Source: Dendrobates tinctorius
Taxonomy: Eukaryota
Assembly (NCBI RefSeq): GCF_039654945.1
Contig: NW_027361731.1
Span: 186,001 to 250,000, forward strand
Direction: 5' to 3'
Length of the DNA stretch: 64,000 nt
This document shows, in pieces, positions 40,173-50,303 of this stretch. The notes below the pieces were generated by a model that did no database searches, was not told the origin of the DNA, and saw only the letters and a list, made by a program, of their open reading frames with translations. Each line of letters begins with the position of its first letter. Position 1 is the stretch's first letter. The translations under genes and the position numbers were made by a program.

Positions 40173-40790
40173 GAGCCCGTTGGTTTACTAAACATGACCT
40201 CCGGGGGGCATATAACCTAGTCCGCATAAGAGAGGGTGATGAGTGGAAAACCCCCCCTTGGCCACTTTGAGTACCTCGTAATGCCGTTCGGACTCAGCAA
40301 CGCACCTGCCGTGTTTCAACATTTTGTAAATTATATTTTCAGAGACATTTGTGGGGTGTATGTAGTCATGTATTTGGATGACATCTTGATTTACTCTGCT
40401 GACCCTGTGACACACGCCCAGCACGTCTGTTCTGTGCTCCAAAGACTATGGGAACATTCTTTATTTGCTAAACTAGAAAAATGTGTTTTTTTTGTTTTTT
40501 TGTTTTTTTTTGCTGAGGAGGTACAGTTTCTGGGGTACATGGTCTCAGGCAAAGGTTTCTGTATGGATCCTGCCAAGATCCAACCCATTAAAGCATGGGT
40601 ACAACCCAGATCGCTAAAAGCACTGCAGCGATTCTTAGGGTTTGCCAATTACTACCGCATAATTTATCAAGGGTTTCTCAGAGATTGCCAAGCCACTCAC
40701 GGATTTGACCCGGAAGGAGGCAGACATGGCTAATTGGAAACCTGAGGCACTTCAGGCATTTTCTTCTTTAAAGGAGTGTTTTGTGGCTAA

Positions 40791-41187
40791 AGGTACTGTC
40801 ACACTTAGCGATGTACCAGCGATCCCGACCAGCGATATGACGCGGTCAGGATCACTGGTACATCGCTAAGTGGTCGCTAGTGAGCTGCCACACAGGCAGA
40901 TCTCACCAGTGACATCGCTGGGGACGGGGGTCGCTACTTACCTGTCACACTAGGCGATCCTGCGTCCTCCCGCCCGGCTCCACGCTCGTCGCTCGTCTCT
41001 CCACAGGAAGCGCCGCAGGAAGCTGACGACGAGAAGCGGTCCTGAACGTTCTCGCGCGATCAGCGATAACCAGCGGGGGAGCCGGTCGGCGGTAAGTATC
41101 AGACACAGCGATATCGCTAACAATATCGCTATAACGTCACAAGTTATAGCGATATTGTTAGCGATATCGCTTAGTGTGACAGTACCT
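40791..41187. mobile_element. PIF/Harbinger-type MITE
   Basis: TIR aggtactgtcacact; TSD TAA at 40788-40790 and 41188-41190. Confidence 0.92.
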
Positions 41188-44100
41188 TAACCCGGTACTA
41201 ATCCAGCCTGACTTAGACCGGCCGATGTGGTAGAAGTGGATGCCTCTGAGGTTGGAGTAGGGGCAGTGCTTTCACAAGGCACGGCATCCCTTACGCAACT
41301 TTATCCATGTGCTTTCTTTTCCTGAAAGTTCTTTCCTACGGAGAGAAACTATGATATAGGGAATCGGGAATTGTTGGCCATAAAATGGGCCTTCAAGGAA
41401 TGGCGTCACTTCCTCGAAGGTGCTAAACATAAAATTACAGTGATCACAAGAACTTGACCTACCTGGAGTCAGCCAAAAGGCTGAATTCTAGACAGGCAAG
41501 GTGGGCCTTGTTTTTCTCGAGATTCAACTTTGTAATCACCTTTCGTCCAGGTACTAAAAATGTAAGGGCTGATGCACTCTCTCGCAGTTTTTGCCCCTCA
41601 CAAGCTGAGGACGCTGAACCATTTCCTATATTGGCCAATGGGATTGTTTCGGCTGTGTCTTTGGACCTTCTGGAAGCGATCCGTGAGTCCCCAGAACAAG
41701 CCCCTGACATGACGCCCCCTCAAAAATTGTTCGTTCCGGCCACGTTTCGCCTGCAAGTTCTGAAAGAGTCGCATAACTCCATTCTGGCAGGCCATCCTGG
41801 TGTCAATAATACCACCAGCCTGGTGACTAGGAATTTTTGGTGGCTGACGGTGGTTAAGGATTGTAAAGATTATGTGTCAGCTTGTGAAATCTGTGCCCGC
41901 GCCAAGTCCCCCCCATAATCGCCCTGCCGGCTGGCTCCAGCCCTTGCCCATTCCTGAGAGTCAATGGACCCACATTTCCATGGACTTCATTACTGACCTG
42001 CCGCCCTCAGAAGGGAAGACGTGTATCTGGGTGCTGGTGGATAGGTTCAGTAAGCAATGTCATCTTGTTCCCCTGTCTGGTTTACCTAATTCTGAAACTT
42101 TGAGTAAGCTCTTCATAGTTCATGTTATACGATTGCACGGCGCTCCGGTAAATATTGTGTCTGACAGGGGTACTCAGTTTGTTTCCAAGTTCTGGAGGAC
42201 GTTCTGCAAATGCATAGGTGTTGAATTGTCCTTCTCCTCTGCCTATCACCCTGAGACCAATGGTCAAACTGAACGCACCAACCAGGCTCTGGAGCAGTAT
42301 CTCCGCTGTTACGTATCGGAGCATCAATCCGACTGGGTGGAACATCTGCCATTAGCTGAGTTCGCCGTGAACAACCAATACCAGGAGTCCATCAAAACTG
42401 CCCCTTTTTTCTGCAATCTCGGACTGCACCCACGCTTTGGTTCATTTTCGGCCACGTTGTCTGAGCTTCCGGGGGTAGAAAAATCTATACATAGTCTTTA
42501 ACCGATCTGGTCGGAAGTAAACACAAACTTGAAGGGGTCCCAGGTTAGACAAGCTTTGGCTGCAAATAGACGGTGATCCAAGGGACCGCACCTTTGAGTT
42601 GGGGACAAGGTCTGGCTTTCCACCAAGAATATCAAGCTTAAAGTGCCGTCTGCCAAATTGGGTCCCAGATTCATTGGTCCATATGAAATATTGGAAGTGA
42701 TTAACCCGGTAGCTTTTCGTTTAAAACTCCCTAAGTCTTTTAAATTGCCCAATGTTTTCCACAAATCTCTCCTCAAGTTGTACCGCTCTCCAATCCATCC
42801 TGTCCAGTCCCCTCCTCCTCCAGTTTTGGTCAGGGGCACCTTGGAATACGAAGTTCAGGGTGTTCTTGACTCCCGCATAGTGAGAGGTACCGTGCAGTAC
42901 TTGGTGTACTGGAAGGGCTACGGCCCGAAGGAGAGGTCCTGGGTTCCCGCGAGTGACATCCACGCCAAAGGTCTGATTAGAAAATTTCACCTCCTTCACC
43001 CTAACAAACCTGGTTTTGAGGGTCCAGAGGCCCCTTTTAGAAGGGGAGGTACTGTTACGTCGCCGTCAGACACAGGGACTGCTGTTCCTGCTTCGGCCAC
43101 TGGGAGGCACCGGACTGTCACGTCGCCGTCAGATACAGGGACTGCTGTTCCTGCCTCGGCCACTGGGAGGCGCCGGACTGTCACGTCACCGTCAGACTCG
43201 GGGACGGCTGTTCCTGCCTTGGCCACTAGGAGGCGCCATGGTTTCCCCGTGGGTGTTGGTGACAGAGAAGGGGCTCCGGTGCAGGCTCCGCTCCTCTGTC
43301 AGTCATGAAAGAGTTGAGGCATCACCATCTGGCCTGGACCTGGGGGCGGTCCAAATCACATCATCAGACTGTGAAGGATCAGGCTATCCCTCACAGTTTC
43401 AAATACCTTGGGGCCTGTCTTGCAGGCAACCAGATATAGTCTTGGTTTCCCCAGTGTGCTAGTTTATTTGCTATCTTTGATTCTGACCTTTGCCTGGATT
43501 TCTGACTCTGCTACTGCCTAACGATTCTGTACCTCTGCCGTCCTCCTGGTTTATGACTCTGACCTTGGCCTGAATTTGACTCTGCTTTTGTCTGCCGTTT
43601 TTGTACCTTTACTGCCCGCCTTGTTAAGACTCGGATTCCTGACTACGCTTTTGGTCCCGTTTTTTAACCCCTCTCTGGCGACCGTCCTGCTCTGGCCCGC
43701 TGCTCATATTCAGACAGCGCCTCCTGGGCTCAGCTCTAAATCCAGATCCCTGTATAGGGGTAAAGGGTATCAGAGTTGCTCGGGGTGCTGCCTTACTGCA
43801 GTCCAGACTTGCAGGCGGATGTCACAAAACCCCAATAAAGTGGCTCAATTTTGGAAATTATAACCCTCAGGGAATTACTCTATAGGAGTAGTGACTATTT
43901 TGATTTCACAGCCACTTTCTGGAAACTAACACTGAGTGGATGTTGAAGAGTGAAAATTGCACATTTGCCATTTTATTACCCAACACATAGTGTTCAGATT
44001 GTGCTTCAGGTGACACACACTATAAATTAAGTGGGTTCTTCTCAATATCGTAATGCCAAATAAATGAATGTTGAATGTGGTTTGGGCACACTGAAAGGCT

Positions 44101-44490
44101 CAGAAGTGAGGGAAAGATTTGACTTTGGGAGAGCGGATATTGCTAAATTGGTTTATGGAAGCCATGTTGCTTTTCAAGAGCCAATGAGCCACTAATAATG
44201 TGTAAACCTCTTGTTTTTGCTCTGGCAGTTGATGGATCTGAGTGGGGCTTGTTCTTTGTGAGATGAGTAGAAATTTTAATTGTTCATTCTGCCTCCCAAA
44301 TGTAGGTGAAAATAAATAATAAACAGTCGAACACCACACTCCACTGGGTCGTGCTATGAGGTTTTCTAATCAGACTGTGAAATGTCATTGTCTTGGTTTA
44401 TAATTAAACTTTTTTAATAGTTTAAGTAGAAATGTTAAGTATTAATTTCAAGGATTTTATTAAAATAATAATTGGTTTTACTCTTGGCAG

Positions 44491-45674
44491 ATGACTGGAC
44501 CAGGAAATCAGAGGGACAGCTGACATCTTCAATTTTTAAATCAGATGATCTTGAGAGTACACAGGAGACAATTGAAGTGAATGTCATTACTTCAGATATA
44601 CCATCATCCATTCGCAGCAAAGATCTACCATCTGATCCTTTGAAACAGATCCTGCCTTCTGATTCATTACAGACCCCTGAGGAAAATCGAAGTCACAAAA
44701 TAAGCATTAAAAAACAAACTGATAAAGCAAAGAAGCCAGTTTCACGTTCAGAATATGTAAATCGTTTTCCCCTCGAAAAGTCTTTTCTTAAATATCAAAA
44801 AATTCACACAGCGGAGAATAGATTTTCTTGTCCGAAGTGTAGGAAATGTTTCAACCGTAAATCACATCTTGTTATACACCAGAGAAGTCACACAGGGGAG
44901 AAGCCATTTTCATGTTCAGAATGTGGGAAATGTTTTACCCGGAAATCAGATTTGGTTGTGCACCATAGAATCCACACAGGGGAGAAGCCATTTTCATGTT
45001 CAGAATGTGGGAAATGTTTTAACCAGAAATCAGATTTTGTTAGGCACCAGCGAACCCACACAGGGGAGAAGCCTTTTTCATGTTCAGAATGTGGAAAATG
45101 TTTTACAGTGAAAGCAAGTCTGATGAAACATCAGCAAACTCACATGGGAGAGAAGACATTTTCATGTTCAGAATGTGAGAAATGTTTTAACCAGAAAACA
45201 GATTTGGTTAGGCACCAGAGAACCCACACAGGGGAGAAGCCATTTTCATGTTCAGAATGTGGGAAAAGTTTTAACCAGAAATCAAATCTTATTGTACATC
45301 AGAGATCTCACACAGGGGAGAAGCCTTTTTCATGTTCAGAATGTGGGAAAAGTTTTAAACAGAAATCAAATTTTGTTAAGCACCGGAGAATCCACATAGG
45401 GGAGAAGCCTTTTTCCTGTTCAGAATGTGGAAAATGTTTTATCCAGAAATCAAGTCTTATCAGACATCTGAGAACTCACACAGGGGAGAAGCCATTTTCA
45501 TGTTCAGAATGTGGAAAATGTTTTATCCAGAAATCAAGTCTTATCACACACCAGAGAAATCACACAAGTGAGAAGCCATTTTCCTGTTCAGAATGTGGAA
45601 AATGTTTTGAGAATAAATCATCTCTTCGCCATCAGAGCAGTCACACGGGGGAGAAGCTTTTTTCATGTGCATAA
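44491..45674 (+). CDS. Terminal exon of a C2H2 zinc-finger gene (oocyte/gastrula XlCOF/XlCGF-like, probably KRAB-ZNF): spacer plus 10 fingers
   Basis: Acceptor tttactcttggcag|AT (phase 1). Uninterrupted ORF with 10 CxxC-HxxxH fingers (the 10th is one residue short) and TGEKPF linkers. Upstream exons not identified in the window. Confidence 0.88.
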
Positions 45675-46176
45675 AGGGAATCTGTCACCTCGTTTTTTCG
45701 CATATAAGCTGCGGCCACCACCATTAGGGCTTATCTACAGCATTCTATAATGCTATAGATAAGCCCCCGATGTAACCTGAAAAACAAGTTAGATTATTCT
45801 CACCCAGGGGCTGTCTGGTGCGTTCCGGTGCCTCCCATCTTCATGCAATGATGTCCTCTTCCTTGCTTCTATCACGGCTCCTGCGCAGGCGTAATTCTCT
45901 GCCCTGTTGAGGGCAGAGCAAAGAACTGCAGTACGCAGGCCCTGGGAAAGGTCAGAGAGGTCTGGCGCCTGCACACTGCAGTACTTTACTCTGCCCACAA
46001 CAGAGCAAATCTGTACGCCTGCGCAGGAGCCGCGACAGAAGCAAGGAAGAGGACATCATCGCATGAAGATGGGAGGCGCTGGACCTGCGACACCCATCGG
46101 ACCGGGCCGCGCCCCCAGGTGAGTAAAATTAACTTGTTTTTCTTATATTTCAAGTTACATCTGGGGCTTATCTACA
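45675..46176. mobile_element. Kolobok/T2-type foldback MITE, right end lost
   Basis: Starts agggaatctgtcacc like the intact copy at 57795-58401; internal palindrome. Confidence 0.85.
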
Positions 46177-46579
46177 GGAAATGTTTTACATGGAAATGAA
46201 CTCTTAATAAACTTCAGAGACGTTTGTACCGTCTCATTTCTCATGTTTGTTCTCTTTAAAATAAAAACACTCATACTCTCCTTCCTTGCCGGTGCTGATC
46301 CATTGGTGTCGCGATTCCCCTTCCCGCATTTCTAATCGAAGGGCTCATCTTTCCACTCCGGTGCCATTTCTGCCTCAGCTTGGAAAAAGTAGCACTCTTA
46401 ACCCTCATAATGCAAGACAACTCAAGCCTGTCAGTCCTGCAATTTCTCCTTTCTTAATGCCGGTGTCACAAGAAAACAGCTCCACAAATCTCCTTGTGTT
46501 GTCACAGAAGCCCACGTACTGAGCAATGTTTGCGTCACAGGGGAATTTACCTCCCCTCCTCCCAAGCCACAGGGGATTC

Positions 46580-48440
46580 TGATATGGGGAACGCCATAAT
46601 TGGTTTGTATATCATATTGCGTCTATCCCTACTAAACAAGACATGGAGATATATATACAAAGGCTGAAGACCACATACAAAACTGAAATATGTTCCCTCA
46701 CTTCTAGCCTGTCACAGCTTACTGACAAGGTACAGAGATTAGAGGATGATGTTGTACAAGTTTTGGACCTTCAAAATGCTGATAAACAAACAGTGGATCT
46801 TCTCAGCCAGCAAATAAACAGTCTATAATGGTTGATGAACAAGAAAATCACAATAATATCTGGATAAGGGGTATACCTGAAAGCATCAATACACAAGCGA
46901 TTAAGCAAACACTGCTCACGTTATTCAAAATATCCTTGGTGATCCTATTGATAAGGAGCTGGAGATCGATAGGACGCACCGTCACTAGACAATCATGGCT
47001 CAGATTCTGCGAGTCCAATAGACATTATCTGTCCCACATTTTTTCAATGTAAATGAGCCCATTATGAGGAAAACAAGAGAGTTGGGTCTTGTTGATTTCA
47101 ATGTAAAACACATAAATTGCTCACACATCCTTTCTGAATGACACTTTCTAAAAGAAGGGTATTGAAACCACTACTTAATACCCTCGGGGAAAATGGCCTG
47201 ATGTATTTCTGGGGCTACACATTCTAGCTGTATATTTTCAAAGATCCAAGCGACATGAGACAATTCTGTGATGCCCTGGACATTCCCAGAATCCATATAT
47301 CTGACTGGCCACCTGCTCCACCATTGTCACAGAGAGTTCCAGCACGTTGCAGAAGACTTTCAATGGATCAGGAACTTGATGGTGATGCACCCAGATGGGA
47401 ACGGAACCTGCCAATCATATGAGCTCCTAAAATTAAACTTGTCTTCCCTGATGAGAGAGACAGTTTACAGATGTTTGGTTGTTCCTTTAAGAATATAATT
47501 ACATAATAGCTTAATAGAGTTTTATGTTCCTCTCTCCCATTATATAGAATGTCTCAGTTCATTTCTTAGAACGGCATATAAGTTGAGGTAACATTATATT
47601 ACTGTAATATCCGGCTGTATTTACTCGCTATATATTCCATGGTTCCCCCTAATAGGATCCCTAGGACTGGAAGACTTATGCCTGTAAACACAACTCCCAG
47701 TTACGGACTTTCTTTGGGATCTGCTTGTTTCCTTGTGTTCGATATATCCATAATCTATACCTCTTAGATGCTGAGAGGTAGACGTTACTATCTAACATCT
47801 ATACTTCCTACTTGCTCTTAATCTTTCTCTCCTTTTTTCCTTTCCCCCTCTCCTTTTTTCCATACAATAAGGCACAACTCAAAACGTTCTCATTGAATGT
47901 CAGAGGACTTAATGTTCCAAGAAAAAGAGCTCCAGTGTTTTATCAGATACATAAACTACACGTACATTATCTCTTTCTTCAGGAGACCCTCTTTAGGGGC
48001 GATCATACACCTCAGTTACTAACAGATATTATTCATCTTGGAGCCACTGTACAAATGCTGTCTCGAGGTCTAAGGTGCTAAGTATGGGCCGACACAAATC
48101 ACTGCCGCAGACTATGTTAGAAACACTGTCTGACATAGAGGGAATGTGTTTGATAAGATTTCTATCTACTCCAAAATGTTGTCTTTGGCAAACTTCTATC
48201 TCTAAATGTCACCAAATTAAGACATGCCATCAATACTTAAACAATTTAATTTATTTTGCAGAGGACATAATCATCATTGGAGGGGACTTTAGTTTTATCT
48301 TGGATTCTTCTTTAGACGTGTCCCTGGGCCGGAGTTAGCAATATAAATCACAAAAAAAAGCTTTGCTAAACGTGCTCTGGTCTCCAACTGGTCGATGTAT
48401 GGAGGACACTACAACCAGACATAAAAGATTATACGTATTA
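46580..48440 (+). mobile_element. Old degraded L1 (ORF1 and ORF2 endonuclease remnants)
   Basis: NNIWIRGIPE, SLNVRGLN, FLQET and IIIGGDF; many stops. Confidence 0.8.
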
Positions 48441-48539
48441 TAGACACATTACACGTCCATTGAAATAGACCCCCAAGAGGGACGGCTAGTAGTTGAAGCA
48501 GTCCTGTAGGTGATACATGAGGCGTCTTAAAGCGTGCAT

Positions 48540-49310
48540 AAATTTCAAAAACTGACCGTCACATCCAAGCATAAGCATAGTGTGAACAGGTGCTTAATCT
48601 AGAGTCACCAACTCATATACTGTACATTCAAGCAAAAAAGGAAGCACACTGTAGCGCCAAACCATGCAAACATGACAAATGAATAATGAATTGCATTACT
48701 GCATTAGAAATATGAAAAATTTAGAAAGTTTAGCGCATAAAATGGCCAAGTTATGTGTACCTGGAAGCCACGTTAAGGCATTTCTTGTTTTCCAGCTCCC
48801 TATTCTATGCCAATCCTCACTAAGACTAGTCTCCATCTGAATGGGAGCCTATGAAAAATCCTCTGTTAGGACTGAATTCTATATCTCTGTGGAGGGGAAA
48901 TGGCGCTGGTTTGATTAAAAACACCTGCAGCTAACAGGTGGAGTGCTCAGTCAGAAGGTTACTGAATACAAATTTCAAAAACTGACCGTCACATCCAAGC
49001 ATAATCATAGTGTGAACAGGTGCTTAACCTAGAGTCACCAACTCATATACATTCAAGCAAAAAAGGAAGCACACTGTAGCGCCAAACCATGCAAACATGA
49101 CAAATGAATAATGAATTACATTACTGCATTAGAAATATGAAAAATTGAGAAAGTTTAGCGCATAAAATGGCCAAGTTATGTGTACTTGGAAGCCACGTTA
49201 AGGCATTTCTCATTTTCCAGGTCCCTATTCTATGCCAATCCTCACTAAGACTGTAGTCTCCATCTGAATGGGAACCTATGAAAAATCCTCTGTTAGGACG
49301 GAAGTCTAAC
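48540..49310. repeat. Direct tandem repeat, period ~430 bp (~1.8 copies)
   Basis: aatttcaaaaactgaccgtcacatccaagcata at 48541 and 48971; colinear for ~340 bp. Confidence 0.9.
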
Positions 49311-50303
49311 ATATACCTCACAAGAGAGAAAGTAGCTCTTCACGTCTTTCAGACAGGTAGGCCACCAAAAAAATAGCTCAGGAACTCCTGTGTCTTCTGT
49401 ACACCCCGATGAACCGCCAACTTGGAATCATGGACGAACTTGAGGACCTGCAGCTTTACAGCCTCTGGAACGTATAAATGTTGATCCCGGACCCACATAC
49501 TGTTTCTGAGAACTAAGCTCACGTCAGCAGTCGGTTTGGCGAGAAATGGGTCTGCATCATAGGCCTCCTTAATGGTCTTCCATAGGTCCTTATTATGAAT
49601 GACTCCGACAAAGTTGACATCAGACAAGACAGTCTTAGACGGGGTCCCAGGTACGGAATCCGTGGCATGGATACGAGACAAATCATCCGCTTTCCCATTA
49701 CATGAACCTGGGCGGTACGAAATGACAAAATTAAATTGGTTCAAAAATAGACTCCATCGAGCCTGATGTGGAGAAAGTCAGATCTAAGGAATTCCACAAT
49801 AACTTGTTGTGCTGCCCCCTGCAGATGGTGCCTCCATTCCTTAAATGCAGTGATAATGGCTAGAATCTCCTTATCTCCCACATCGTAGTTCTCTGCAGCA
49901 GAGAGTCTGCGAGTTTCGGACAAAATCATCTCCGAAAGGGGAGTGCAATTTACGCCCAGGTTCTGGAAGGGTTTCTGCTCTGCGCTTGGTATTGATGTTT
50001 GTCTGTCTTCTGCATATCATCCTCAGACTAATGGACAGACGGAGCAGACCAATCAGACTCTGGAACAGTATCTTCGATGCTATATCAGCCATTCGCAGGA
50101 TGACTGGTTGGAGTTGCTTCCGCTAGCAGAATTTTGTTACAACAACTCTCAGAGTTCATCTACTAAGGTAACACCCTTCTTTGCCAACCTAGGTTATCAT
50201 CCCAGTATTCTTCCCAGATCCCCTATCAATGCACCGCTGCCTGCAGTTCATGAAAGGTTGACGGCAATGAGACAGAATCTGGTAACCCTGAAGGAATCGC
50301 TGT

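Larger units (their letters stand above)
37425..43826 (+). mobile_element. Two-LTR chromodomain Gypsy element lacking gag; pol (PR-RT-RH-IN-chromo) degenerate
   Basis: LTRs 37425-38277 and 43053-43826 (TG..CA). 5-bp TSD aaacc at 37420-37424 and 43827-43831. PPT agaaggggagg. Motifs YVDSGS, YLDDIL, HISMDFI, YWKGYG..SW. Confidence 0.95.
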
